From NCBI GenBank assembly GCA_040384485.1, contig JAZKJH010000004.1, forward strand, positions 5,928-69,927: a DNA stretch of 64,000 nucleotides. Reading direction: 5' to 3'. The notes below the pieces were generated by a model. It was not told the DNA's origin, searched no databases, and saw only the letters and a program-made list of their open reading frames with translations. The position numbers were made by a program, and so were the translations under genes. Positions 1 through 9,407 of this stretch are shown here, piece by piece; positions within the stretch are counted from its first letter, which is position 1; every line of letters begins with the position of its first letter. Origin of the DNA: Patescibacteria group bacterium (GTDB lineage Bacteria > Patescibacteriota > Minisyncoccia > Phycocordibacterales > DATDWN01).

Positions 1-2730
1 GAATACTCCTGCTGGGAAGCCAGCAGATGAAGTTGCTACTACATTATTCTCGTTTGCAAGTATTAGACATACTCGTATTGAACCCACATTGGCTGGATTC
101 TGAAGGACAATTACTGTCCTTGATACCTCAACTGCTGCCAAGCCAGCTGAATCTTGCACGTTGTATGTTACCGTGTATGTACCAGGTACTGAAGTATTAA
201 CATTACTTGAGTTGATTACAAGACTAGATGTGATGTTTCCATCCTCATTGTCATGCGCAGTTGCTCCTAGCTCTACATATGGATCTCCCACGTAGAATGT
301 TGCTGGATTAGCCCCTATAAGGGTTATCACTGGGCGTGTATTACAGGTTACTGTAACATAGTCTGACTGAGTTGTCCCTGATGTCTGTAATAATGTCCTT
401 GAGCCTGTTTGAATGTCTACAGCGTACACATATATAGTGTGTGCATGTCCGTCTCTAAATGTCGATGGTGTCTCCATGCCGAATGCGTGATTCTCGCCGT
501 ATATATCATTTATATCTTGTCTAAACTGGTTAGCTAGAGTAGTTGTAGCCAGAGTTCCTGTACCAAATGGTCCATCCTTGTATATCTCTATAGTAACAGC
601 CGCATTTGGACTGTCTCCGTCTACTGCCCATCCACCGATATGAGAACAACTTGCTTCATCAACGAATCCTTCAGGGACATTATTTCCAGCAGGAACTACA
701 TTTACTGTCCTTGAGACAGGAGTTGCTGCTAGTCCTTGAGAATCAGAAACATTGTATGTTAATGTGTAAACACCTACTGTGTTTGAGTCCACAGAACCGC
801 TTCTTACTATATTGGCTGTAATATTACCGTCTTCCTGGTCGTGAGCTGTAGCTCCTGGGTCTACAAATGTAGTCCCGACAACAATAGTCATTGGGTTTGG
901 ACCAACTAGTGTTAGGACTGGAGGGGTGTTTGCTGGAGTACATGTAGGAACATTCCATGTAACAGTCGGCCCTTGTGTACCATTGTTATGTATAAAAACT
1001 GAATGTGTTGTTCCTGGAGCAAAAGTTAGAGTTGTTGGACCGTTTGGTATTCTTTGTAGGAAACCTGCGGGTGCAGCTGTAAAACCGCTGTTACCGTCAA
1101 CTCCTTGTTTCCACCATGAACTTGTAGTTCCGTTGTCATCTATAAAAATATTCAAACTAGCATTTACTGGAGCCCATGAAATCTGAACAGAATAGTCTGT
1201 AGCAGAACATGCTGGTGCAGTAACTACTGGAATTACCGCTGATTCTGGTACCACTGTTACAGTGGCTGTTGCGGTTGCAGATCCACCAGGTCCAGTACAA
1301 GTTATTGTATATGTCTTATTTGTTGTTAGGTTACTTTGCAACTCACTACCAGCCAATGTCTTTGAGCCTGACCAATCTGCTGAGGCCACACAAGAAGTTG
1401 CGTTGGTTGATGTCCAAGTCAAAGTTGATGAACCGTTAACTGTAACTGTAGTAGGGTTCGCAGTAAGGGTAACTGTAGGAGCATTTGGCATACATGGTGC
1501 TGTATTCAAAAAGAGTCTGTTAGTAAACAGAGTTTTAACACCTGTATCTATATCTGTAGCATAAACCCATATTTCATGAGTATTACCGTCTTTCAAGAAT
1601 TGAGGTGTAGCAAGTGTAAATCCGTGTGTACCTGTTATTCCATACTGGGTATTAACATCAGTTCTAACAGAGTTAGCTGTGATTTGGGCAAATTGTGTAC
1701 CTATTCCCTCTGGACCACCATGGAAAAAAGTAAAAACTAGAGAAGTACTTGAGTGGTCTGGATCAAACGCCCATCCTCCTAGGATAGAACAACTTGCTTC
1801 ATCGAAGTTTCCGACTGGTGCATTGTTTGGTGCCTGTCCCACAGTAAAGGTATATGTTCCTACTTGTCCGAAATATACGTCACTACTTGGTGCTGGGTCA
1901 CAAATAGTCCCATCTTCTAGCTGATAGTCTGCACCTGCTCTATGCACGTTCTGCATGTTTATTGTATATGTACCAGGTGTTGTTGGAGCTGTAAATGTAA
2001 ATGAAAAATCTCTCTCATCACCAGGGAACATAGAGGGAGAGTAGTGTCCGTATGTTGGTGCAATGGTATATCCAGTCGTTTGAACAAACTGGAAGTAAGT
2101 ACCGTGATACCATCTTGTATTTCCAGTGTTCTCAATATGAGCACTAAAAGTAACTGACTGACCAGGAGTAACGTTTGCAGGGCCAGTTAAAGCAACGGTT
2201 GCAGTTTCATTACAAGCTTCTACGTCTGGACAATCAACTCCGTAGTTGATCATAGTCCCTATAAACACAAAATTTCCGTTGTTCGGATCTCTGAAGCCGG
2301 CATCTATCTGAACACTTCCACAGTTTTTCTGTGCGGTGTTATAAAAGAATTCAACCTGACCTGACTCACCTTCCTCATAATGAGTTTTACCAGTCATTGT
2401 CATAAGACTCTGATCTAGGAACTCATCTGTACCTACAGCAGCCCATCCAGCGTTTGGACTAGCGAAGGCTGCCTTCTCAACATTTACTGGACCTGGACCA
2501 TTGTTAATGACCTGAACAACATAGTGAATTGTTCTTGCAGACTGCTGCTGCATAGTTAAGTTGCCATCGTAACCACTTGTCTCTACTATAGAGTAAGAAA
2601 CGTCCGGACCTAGGTTATACTGAGCTTTTACCTCTGGAGTTTTGATAAAAAATGCAGACAAAAATATAGCAAAAAACACGAACATTGTTCTCCATGGAAG
2701 ACTATTTGTTTGTTGTGTTCTTGTAATCAT
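1..2730 (-). CDS. Large secreted surface protein with repeated Ig-like (DUF5011-type) modules, partial. The N-terminus is at 2730 and the gene continues past the window start
   Basis: Uninterrupted minus-strand frame to the window edge. N-terminal signal peptide MITRTQQTNSLPWRTMFVFFAIFLSAFFIKTPEVKA. Internal repeats such as PVLTLVGPNPMTIVVGTTFVDPGATAHDQEDGNIT and PVITLIGANPATFYVGDPYVELGATAHDNEDGNIT match the DUF5011/bacterial Ig-like consensus. The plus-strand track ORFs at 606-1924 are antisense artefacts. Confidence 0.6.
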   Translation of the reverse strand, partial: MITRTQQTNSLPWRTMFVFFAIFLSAFFIKTPEVKAQYNLGPDVSYSIVETSGYDGNLTMQQQSARTIHYVVQVINNGPGPVNVEKAAFASPNAGWAAVGTDEFLDQSLMTMTGKTHYEEGESGQVEFFYNTAQKNCGSVQIDAGFRDPNNGNFVFIGTMINYGVDCPDVEACNETATVALTGPANVTPGQSVTFSAHIENTGNTRWYHGTYFQFVQTTGYTIAPTYGHYSPSMFPGDERDFSFTFTAPTTPGTYTINMQNVHRAGADYQLEDGTICDPAPSSDVYFGQVGTYTFTVGQAPNNAPVGNFDEASCSILGGWAFDPDHSSTSLVFTFFHGGPEGIGTQFAQITANSVRTDVNTQYGITGTHGFTLATPQFLKDGNTHEIWVYATDIDTGVKTLFTNRLFLNTAPCMPNAPTVTLTANPTTVTVNGSSTLTWTSTNATSCVASADWSGSKTLAGSELQSNLTTNKTYTITCTGPGGSATATATVTVVPESAVIPVVTAPACSATDYSVQISWAPVNASLNIFIDDNGTTSSWWKQGVDGNSGFTAAPAGFLQRIPNGPTTLTFAPGTTHSVFIHNNGTQGPTVTWNVPTCTPANTPPVLTLVGPNPMTIVVGTTFVDPGATAHDQEDGNITANIVRSGSVDSNTVGVYTLTYNVSDSQGLAATPVSRTVNVVPAGNNVPEGFVDEASCSHIGGWAVDGDSPNAAVTIEIYKDGPFGTGTLATTTLANQFRQDINDIYGENHAFGMETPSTFRDGHAHTIYVYAVDIQTGSRTLLQTSGTTQSDYVTVTCNTRPVITLIGANPATFYVGDPYVELGATAHDNEDGNITSSLVINSSNVNTSVPGTYTVTYNVQDSAGLAAVEVSRTVIVLQNPANVGSIRVCLILANENNVVATSSAGFPAGVF

Positions 2731-3021
2731 TCTTAATCAAACTTTAATATAAACAACAGGTTACACTCCTTTCAAATTATTGTCAACTTTTTAATAAAAA
2801 TTACAAATACCTATAATATCCTTATATTAAGCCATATAATTACGATTTGTCCTTAACAAAAAAACATCAAAAAAAATAATTTTTTTGAATTCTAAACGAT
2901 GTTGAAAAATATGATTATTTTGGAACTTGATTATAAAGGACAAATATTTGTCCTTTATAAAATTATCCATAAAAGACATGCAGTCCTACTCTTTTTCTCA
3001 TATTCATGTTATGATACTGAA

Positions 3022-5205
3022 ATGAAAGAAATATTCTTGTCGCCATATGACCCCAAAAGTACTGAATCTCGAATTTACGAACTTTGGGAGCAAAGTGGAT
3101 TCTTTAATCCTGATGTTTGTATAGAAAAAGGTGTTACAAATGCAGATGCAGAGGCATTTAGCATTGTTCTTCCCCCACCAAACGTGACTGGAACACTTCA
3201 TATGGGTAGTGCACTGATGTTGGCGATAGAAGATACCCTAGTTCGACACGCACGCATGCAAGGAAAGAAAACTTTGTGGATTCCTGGCACGGACTCTGCA
3301 GCTATAGCAACGCAGGCAAGAGTTGAAAAAGATATTCAAAAAGCTGAAAAAAAATCCAGACACGATCTAGGTAGAGAAGAGTTACAGAAAAGAATAGACA
3401 TATTTATTGAACAAAACAAAAGCACTATGATAAATCAGATGAGGGCAATGGGATCTTCACTTGATTGGTCTAGATATGCGTACACAATGGACGAGAAAAG
3501 ATACACCGCTGTTATGGAGGCGTTTGTAAAGATGTATGAAGCTGGACTTATATACAGGGGTAACAGAATAGTGAACTGGGATCCAAAAGGACAAACTACT
3601 ATTTCTGATGATGAGATAGTTCATGAAGAAAGAAAATCATTTTTGTATACATTCAAATACTCGAAGGACTTCCCTATCTCTATTTCTACCACCAGACCTG
3701 AAACAAAAGTTGGAGACACCGCTGTAGCTGTGCATCCGGATGATACTCGTTACCAAGCTTTTGTTGGAAAGGAGTACAGTATCAACTTTTGTGACTCCGA
3801 AATTAAAATTAAAATAATTGCGGATGAGAGTGTTGAGAAAGAATTTGGCACAGGAGCTCTAGGAGTGACTCCAGCTCACAGTCAGATAGACTGGGAAATA
3901 GCCGATCGACACAACCTTGAACGTCCACAAGTAATAAACGAGTATGCAAAGATGATGGCTCCTGGAAGATTGTCAGGACTTAAAACTACAGAAGCGAGAG
4001 ATGAGGTAGTAAAGTGGTTAAGAGAGAATGACCTACTAGAAAAGGAAGAAGAAGTCACTCAAAACATAGCGACAGCTGAAAGGACAGGTGGGATAGTTGA
4101 ACCCTTACCAAAGCTTCAATGGTGGATTGATGTTGAAAAGGAGTTCACAATACCCCACTCAAACATCCCGAACATAAAGTCAGGCGATCGAACTAGTCTA
4201 AAAAAAATAATGGAAAACTCTGTTGGAGAAAACGGAGTTAGTTTTGTGACCGAGAGATTTGAAAAGCAGTATATGCACTGGGCCAAAAACCTAAGACCTT
4301 GGTGTATTAGTAGACAGATATGGTTTGGTCACAGAATACCTGTTTGGTATAAAGAAGAAGAAATATATTGTGGTGTTAACCCTCCAACTGAAACTGGCTG
4401 GACCCAAGACTCTGATGTGCTCGACACTTGGTTCTCTTCGGGGTTATGGACTTTCACAACCCTTGGTTGGCCAGAAAAAACCAAAGACTTAGAAACCTAT
4501 CACCCAACCACTATTATCGAGAGTGGGTACGACATACTTCCATTTTGGATTGCTCGAATGATACTTATGAGTGGATTTTTCTTGGGTGAGGTCCCTTTTA
4601 AAACGGTTTACTTGCATGGTTTAGTTCGTGACGGACAAGGCCGAAAAATATCCAAGTCTCTTGGAAACAACATCGACCCCGTTGATATGGCGGAAAAATA
4701 CGGAATGGATGCTGTAAGAGTATCCCTTATAGTAGGTATGTCCCCAGGAACTGACAGCAAAATATCTGAAGAAAAAATCCGAGGATACAAAAACTTTGCC
4801 AACAAACTATGGAATATCGCTAGATATGTACTTACTTCAACAGAAAACTTGACCGATGATACGGTAGAGCTCTCTCCAAAAGATATGGAAATAAAAAATG
4901 AGTTGGATGCTGTAATAACCGATGTAAACCGACACTTTGAAACATATCGAATAGATATGGCTTTTGATACTGTATACCAGTATATTTGGCATAGATTTGC
5001 CGACGAAATAATAGAGGAATCAAAAGTAATTCTCATTGGCACTGACGAAGCTTTGAAAGTATCCAGACAAAAAGTCCTGATACACATCCTCGAAACATCC
5101 CTAAAACTACTCCACCCATTCATGCCATTCGTTACAGAAGAAATTTGGTTAAACCTAAACAAGAAAAATGATAGAATGTTAATGGTCACAAAGTGGCCGC
5201 AATAA
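3022..5205 (+). CDS. valS: Valyl-tRNA synthetase
   Basis: HMGS (HIGH-type) motif, KISKS (KMSKS) motif, and class I editing/anticodon-binding signature blocks. The track ORF starts at 2899, but the ATG at 3022 (MKEIFLSPYDP...) gives the conserved N-terminus. Confidence 0.88.
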   Translation: MKEIFLSPYDPKSTESRIYELWEQSGFFNPDVCIEKGVTNADAEAFSIVLPPPNVTGTLHMGSALMLAIEDTLVRHARMQGKKTLWIPGTDSAAIATQARVEKDIQKAEKKSRHDLGREELQKRIDIFIEQNKSTMINQMRAMGSSLDWSRYAYTMDEKRYTAVMEAFVKMYEAGLIYRGNRIVNWDPKGQTTISDDEIVHEERKSFLYTFKYSKDFPISISTTRPETKVGDTAVAVHPDDTRYQAFVGKEYSINFCDSEIKIKIIADESVEKEFGTGALGVTPAHSQIDWEIADRHNLERPQVINEYAKMMAPGRLSGLKTTEARDEVVKWLRENDLLEKEEEVTQNIATAERTGGIVEPLPKLQWWIDVEKEFTIPHSNIPNIKSGDRTSLKKIMENSVGENGVSFVTERFEKQYMHWAKNLRPWCISRQIWFGHRIPVWYKEEEIYCGVNPPTETGWTQDSDVLDTWFSSGLWTFTTLGWPEKTKDLETYHPTTIIESGYDILPFWIARMILMSGFFLGEVPFKTVYLHGLVRDGQGRKISKSLGNNIDPVDMAEKYGMDAVRVSLIVGMSPGTDSKISEEKIRGYKNFANKLWNIARYVLTSTENLTDDTVELSPKDMEIKNELDAVITDVNRHFETYRIDMAFDTVYQYIWHRFADEIIEESKVILIGTDEALKVSRQKVLIHILETSLKLLHPFMPFVTEEIWLNLNKKNDRMLMVTKWPQ

Positions 5206-5206
5206 A

Positions 5207-5926
5207 ATGGCATTAGATATAATACAACAAAACCCGTTTATATTTGCATTCATATTTGGTTTATTCCCTGCATTAATATGGTTATGGTTTTGGCTCAAGG
5301 AGGACAAGCACCCTGAACCAGTAAAGATGATCACACTTTCGTTCCTGGGTGGAATGCTTGCGGTTTTGTTTGTTCTGCCATTTCAAAAAGTTGTTCACCA
5401 TTATTGGCAAGACTTTGAATTTGTTGCTTTTACTTTGTGGGCAGGAATTGAAGAAATTATTAAATTTGCGATTGTTTGGTTTATTGCCCTTAGAAACAAA
5501 AAAGTGACCAATGAGCCGGTGGATGATGTAATATACCTGATCATCGCTGCTTTGGGTTTTGTTACTCTAGAAAATGCCTTGTTCTTATGGAAACCTTTGA
5601 CTGATGGAGACCTGATAGAGGTTGTGATCTATGGAAACTTGCGATTTATTGGAGCAAGTCTTTTGCATGTTATGTCTTCAGCTACTATTGGTATTTTAAT
5701 GGCATTCGCGTTTTACAAAAGCAAATTTAAAAAAGTTTTATACACTAGTGTAGGTATTCTGTTGGCAATCGTGTTGCATACTGCATTCAATTTATTTATA
5801 ATAAACAACACACACGGAAACATTCTGTTTATATTTGCTGAAGTATGGGTAGGTATTGTCGTAATACTTCTACTATTTGAAAAAATAAAACATATTAGAA
5901 AGAGATTCACTAATTTTAATAATTAA
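5207..5926 (+). CDS. PrsW-family intramembrane protease-like membrane protein
   Basis: Polytopic membrane protein with EExxK (GIEEIIKF) and HxxxN (LHTAFNL) motifs characteristic of PrsW/CPBP-like proteases. Confidence 0.5.
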   Translation: MALDIIQQNPFIFAFIFGLFPALIWLWFWLKEDKHPEPVKMITLSFLGGMLAVLFVLPFQKVVHHYWQDFEFVAFTLWAGIEEIIKFAIVWFIALRNKKVTNEPVDDVIYLIIAALGFVTLENALFLWKPLTDGDLIEVVIYGNLRFIGASLLHVMSSATIGILMAFAFYKSKFKKVLYTSVGILLAIVLHTAFNLFIINNTHGNILFIFAEVWVGIVVILLLFEKIKHIRKRFTNFNN

Positions 5927-5930
5927 AAAC

Positions 5931-6389
5931 ATGAAAGATAATCGCTCGTTCTTTGAAAAACTGACTGGAGGTGGAAAAGTAATAGATGATACAGAAAATG
6001 AAGAGCTAGAAAAGCCGTCTAAAACTACCTCTGTTGATTCATTGTATGAAGAAGAGTCAGAGGAAGGTCAGCTTACTATAGATGTATACCAGACAGACGG
6101 AGAAATAGTTATCAAAAGTATGGTTTCCGGAGTAAAACCAGAAGACCTAGATATTTCTATCACTCGAGACATGGTAACTATCAAAGGAAAAAGAGAGACT
6201 GAAAGATTTGTAAAAGAGGAAGACTACTTCCATAGAGAGCTTTACTGGGGTTCATTTTCTAGAACTATCATGCTACCGGCAGAAGTGGAGGTGGAAGAAG
6301 CAGAAGCAATAGAAAAACACGGACTACTTATCATAAAACTTCCTAAGATAGACAAAAACAAACAAACTAAACTAAAAGTGAGAGGCTAA
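5931..6389 (+). CDS. Hsp20/alpha-crystallin small heat-shock protein
   Basis: Alpha-crystallin domain pattern (LTIDVYQTDGEIVIKSMVSGVKPEDLDISI ... ELYWGSFSRTIMLPAEV). Confidence 0.8.
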   Translation: MKDNRSFFEKLTGGGKVIDDTENEELEKPSKTTSVDSLYEEESEEGQLTIDVYQTDGEIVIKSMVSGVKPEDLDISITRDMVTIKGKRETERFVKEEDYFHRELYWGSFSRTIMLPAEVEVEEAEAIEKHGLLIIKLPKIDKNKQTKLKVRG

Positions 6390-6395
6390 AAAGAA

Positions 6396-6421
6396 AAACC
6401 ACCGATATCGGTGGTTTTTCT
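6396..6421. terminator. Bidirectional rho-independent terminator (hsp20 and tRNA-Phe)
   Basis: Perfect hairpin aaccaccgatatcggtggtt, flanked by an A-run upstream and a T-run downstream. Confidence 0.6.
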
Positions 6422-6425
6422 AATG

Positions 6426-6498
6426 TGCCAAGACCCAGGTTCGAACTGGGGACCCTTCCCTCTTCAGGGGAATGCTCTACCAACTGAGCTATCTTGGC
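6426..6498 (-). tRNA. tRNA-Phe (anticodon GAA)
   Basis: Manual cloverleaf: acceptor GCCAAGA/TCTTGGC, D-arm GCTCAGTTGGTAGAGC, anticodon loop CUGAAGA, T-arm CCAGTTCGAACCTGG, discriminator A. No encoded CCA. Confidence 0.85.
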
Positions 6499-6545
6499 AA
6501 ATATTTCTCTGTAAAAAACTTTAATAACGTTACCTTATATAGTGA

Positions 6546-6671
6546 CTAATCTCCAGCAGTTGGAACCAACTGGTCACAAGTAATTTTTTGCTAAAAATTC
6601 TTGCGACCCCTCCTCGGCACGTCTGCCTCCGGCCTTGCGTTTGGGTCCCTACCCAAACTCACTATCTTGGC
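6546..6671 (-). other. tRNA-Phe-like degenerate fragment / candidate small structured RNA
   Basis: Begins with an exact 12-nt copy of the tRNA-Phe 5' end (GCCAAGATAG), then a D-arm-like stretch GTGAGTTTGGGTAGGG. Contains an 8-bp hairpin GTTTGGGTAGGGACCCAAAC. Locally GC-rich (CCGGAGGCAGACGTGCCGAGGAGGGGTC). No complementary 3' acceptor strand, so it is not a functional tRNA. Confidence 0.2.
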
Positions 6672-6687
6672 AATTTTTAATTAGAAT

Positions 6688-6966
6688 CTATTGCCCTAAA
6701 TTCTTAAGCATTTCCATTAGCTCGTTAATGCTATTTATTCCACCACCTACAGAATCTTTTGCATCTCCATACGCTCCAGTCATAAACTCTAGATATGGTT
6801 GTATAAAGTAATACGCCCCTATTGCAGACCCTATTATGACCACCCAGTACAAAATACTCATAATACGTGCTATCCGCATTGATCTACGAATAGTACGCAA
6901 CATGCCATTATTCTCCTCTGCAAGGTCCACACTGCGTTGTAGCAGCTCTCTTTCCTCAGGTGTCAT
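6688..6966 (-). CDS. Small hypothetical membrane protein (92 aa)
   Basis: ORF with one predicted TM segment (IMSILYWVVIIGSAIGAYYFI). No recognisable family. Confidence 0.45.
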   Translation of the reverse strand: MTPEERELLQRSVDLAEENNGMLRTIRRSMRIARIMSILYWVVIIGSAIGAYYFIQPYLEFMTGAYGDAKDSVGGGINSINELMEMLKNLGQ

Positions 6967-7005
6967 GGGTTAAATACTAGCAAAAACTTAGTAAAAAATC
7001 AAAAG

Positions 7006-7080
7006 TGGTGCCATCGCTAGGAATTGAACCTAGATCTATCCCTTAGGACGGGACTGTTCTATCCGTTGAACTACGACGGC
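7006..7080 (-). tRNA. tRNA-Arg (anticodon CCU), CCA encoded
   Basis: Manual cloverleaf: acceptor GCCGTCG/CGATGGC, D-arm GTTCAACGGATAGAAC, anticodon stem GTCCC/GGGAT with loop GUCCUAA, T-arm CTAGGTTCAATTCCTAG, then ACCA. Confidence 0.85.
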
Positions 7081-7112
7081 ATGGACCAGGGTCCATTATA
7101 CTCAAAAAGAAA

Positions 7113-7349
7113 CTAATTCAAACCTAAAAGTTGCATAAGTTTTGGCTTGTCGAAACCAACTACAACTTCGTTATCTACTACAATAACTGGCACACCCAGC
7201 TGACCACTCTTCTCCATCATCTCTTTTCTCTTCTCCATGTTGGTGGCCACATCAAAAGTCTCGTATGCAACGCCTTTTTCCTTAAAATAATCTTTTGCCA
7301 AGTTACAGTAGTGGCATGTTGGTGTTGAATATACAGTGACTTTTTTCAT
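7113..7349 (-). CDS. Glutaredoxin-like / NrdH-like redoxin
   Basis: 78 aa. CHYC active site near the N-terminus (VYSTPTCHYCNLAK) and a GVPVIVVD motif typical of the glutaredoxin fold. Confidence 0.7.
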   Translation of the reverse strand: MKKVTVYSTPTCHYCNLAKDYFKEKGVAYETFDVATNMEKRKEMMEKSGQLGVPVIVVDNEVVVGFDKPKLMQLLGLN

Positions 7350-7414
7350 ATTGTTTATGCTTAAATTTTATAATGTTAAAACAGTATAACTAAAAACAGA
7401 AAGACTAACAAGTT

Positions 7415-7795
7415 TTACCAAAATACCACGAATTCTTTAAATTTTTCCCAGATATTCATATCTTTCTTGTCTGGGGGTTCTGGGGTGTCGGTATCTTCAA
7501 GGATTATGACCATGCTCTCCCCCTCCTTGGCTACACTAAAACGAGACCGTATTTCGTCCTCTATTCCCTCTGTTTTATTCAAACTTTCCATTTTATCCTT
7601 CAGTTCTTCCTGTCTCACTCGCAAAGTCTCAACATTTTTAGCGGATAAGTGCATCATTTTCTCACTTTCCACTTTTTTTTGATAAACACCCCAGGTAGAG
7701 TGTCCTGCCCACAAAACAACCAAGGCAAGTAGAGACAAAGTCACCCTGTTGTATAGAAAGCTACGTATCTTGCGTTTTTGTTGAAAATCGAGCAT
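7415..7795 (-). CDS. FtsB/DivIC-like septum formation initiator (putative)
   Basis: N-terminal TM segment followed by a coiled coil (LRVRQEELKDKMESLNKTEGIEDEIRSRF). Architecture resembles FtsB; this is a weak family call. Confidence 0.4.
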   Translation of the reverse strand: MLDFQQKRKIRSFLYNRVTLSLLALVVLWAGHSTWGVYQKKVESEKMMHLSAKNVETLRVRQEELKDKMESLNKTEGIEDEIRSRFSVAKEGESMVIILEDTDTPEPPDKKDMNIWEKFKEFVVFW

Positions 7796-7945
7796 AGTTA
7801 AAGTATAAGCTATAAAATAAGAAGTATAAAGACCATGTTATTTCAACAAAAAAACAAGAAAATATTTAAAATCTTCTGGATTATTATCGGTGTTTTGGTA
7901 ATCGTAAGTATGGTAGCTGCCTACCTACCAGGAATCCTGTATTAA

Positions 7946-8836
7946 CTAATTATCTAGTGCAATCTGAGCCATCTCAATGATGGCTTTTTTTGTTTTAGCT
8001 CCTGCTAGATGGCAACTCCGATGACAAAAAGTTGCTCCTTCCACACCACAAATGACCTCCAATTCTTTATCATTCTTTCCTCCCCACTCTGATGGAAAAT
8101 ATTTTCTGTATACAAAGTCTTCTTTATTATCTCTCACAAACATTGCTCTCCAATCATTCTCTTGGATGCCAGGAAATACCACGAGCAACGGTTCTGTATA
8201 TTTTTTTAAGGTTTCGTTGTAGGGACAGTATTTGTCCAGAACAATAAGTCTTTTGTCGGGAGTATTAGCGTAAAGTTCCTCAACAATATTCTTTGCTTTT
8301 ATTTTGCCTTGATTTCTAACTACTTCTCTTTTTATAACCCTTTTAGCCATGTTTGCCATATCTATGAAGGCCTCATCCCCATTAGCATCCTCTGTCCAGC
8401 TTGGATTGAATGCTTCAAAAACGTCAGTAATGTCGTACAACTGGACACTCTCCTGAACTGGTTTAGACACCTGGACTCCATTATCAATACAATCAATAAA
8501 TTGCACAAGTGAACTGTCTATTGAATCCGAGACTTCTTTGCTTCCAGATATTTGCTCTCCATACTTCTTCCATACCAAACCAAAAGATGCGTAAGGAACG
8601 CCATTGTCTCGAGTTCCAGCTCCGCCTACTTGGTGGTGGTCAAAAAGATTCTTGTCTGCATCATAAACACCTCCTACATCAACTACATAGTCCCCTTTTT
8701 CTATAACATCCTTATCTCTTGACCTCAAAATCTCAATCTCTTTGCCATCCAAAACCAACATTAACGTAGCCACAGCAAAAACATCATCGGTATGAAAGTG
8801 ACCACTATGCACAACTATCTTAATTTTATCTTGCAT
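7946..8836 (-). CDS. MYG1/UPF0160-family metal-dependent hydrolase
   Basis: N-terminal HSGHFHTDDV and DHHQ motifs diagnostic of the MYG1 family. Confidence 0.75.
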   Translation of the reverse strand: MQDKIKIVVHSGHFHTDDVFAVATLMLVLDGKEIEILRSRDKDVIEKGDYVVDVGGVYDADKNLFDHHQVGGAGTRDNGVPYASFGLVWKKYGEQISGSKEVSDSIDSSLVQFIDCIDNGVQVSKPVQESVQLYDITDVFEAFNPSWTEDANGDEAFIDMANMAKRVIKREVVRNQGKIKAKNIVEELYANTPDKRLIVLDKYCPYNETLKKYTEPLLVVFPGIQENDWRAMFVRDNKEDFVYRKYFPSEWGGKNDKELEVICGVEGATFCHRSCHLAGAKTKKAIIEMAQIALDN

Positions 8837-9407
8837 TATTAGATCTTAAGTACAGCAAAGATACGACTGCCATATATACAAATATAGTCAGTGACATAAA
8901 AGGTATGGTTATGTAACCGTACTCGAGCACATAAACCTTGGCACAATCGCCCCCTACTGAAACACAGTCTAATCCTGAAGAATTTATTCCCCAGTGTGCT
9001 AGGGATTGATAAAAAGCTATCGCAATGCCTATAAAGGTTAGTGGCAACATATACTTGATGACACTTCTGTTTCCTTTTAGCATTGCTATGAAAAAAACTA
9101 GAGCTTGTGGAAATAGTAATATTCTCTGTGCCCAACATAACTCACAAGGAGGAAAACCTACAATGTTTGAGTATGCCAAACTACCGACTACTGCACTTGC
9201 AGTAAGAGTAAACATTATTTGGAGAATGTACTTATTTATTAACTCCAAAACTTTATTTTTAAAAGTAGAATTAAATGCCATTCCCAACAATACTCCAACA
9301 AAAAGCAGGTTGGACAACAAGGTAAAAAATGCAATGACTGGAGTAATGCTTGTTTGTAAGAATTCAATCATATTATTCTGGTAACTGACAATTAGTCTTT
9401 TCAGCAA
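8826..9407 (-). CDS. Disulfide bond formation protein BdbC/DsbB family
   Basis: PCELCWAQRILLFP aligns with B. subtilis BdbC PCELCWYQRILMYP. A second Cys pair lies in the periplasmic loop (CVSVGGDC), followed by YITIPFMSL. Four TM segments. Confidence 0.8.
   Translation of the reverse strand: MLKRLIVSYQNNMIEFLQTSITPVIAFFTLLSNLLFVGVLLGMAFNSTFKNKVLELINKYILQIMFTLTASAVVGSLAYSNIVGFPPCELCWAQRILLFPQALVFFIAMLKGNRSVIKYMLPLTFIGIAIAFYQSLAHWGINSSGLDCVSVGGDCAKVYVLEYGYITIPFMSLTIFVYMAVVSLLYLRSNNAR

Noticed and set aside
606-1924. Plus-strand track ORFs (71-100 aa) inside the first 2.7 kb
   Set aside because: They lie antisense to an uninterrupted minus-strand frame that encodes a coherent Ig-like repeat protein with a signal peptide. 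Their composition is low-complexity and they have no start-site signals.
2899-3021. N-terminal 41-aa extension of valS in the track ORF
   Set aside because: The conserved ValS N-terminus starts at the ATG at 3022. The extension has no homology and would place the start inside the divergent promoter region.
6546-6671. Functional second tRNA (or tRNA-Sec) next to tRNA-Phe
   Set aside because: The 5' acceptor and a D-arm-like segment are present, but no complementary 3' acceptor strand or T-arm exists. It is kept only as a degenerate fragment or ncRNA candidate.
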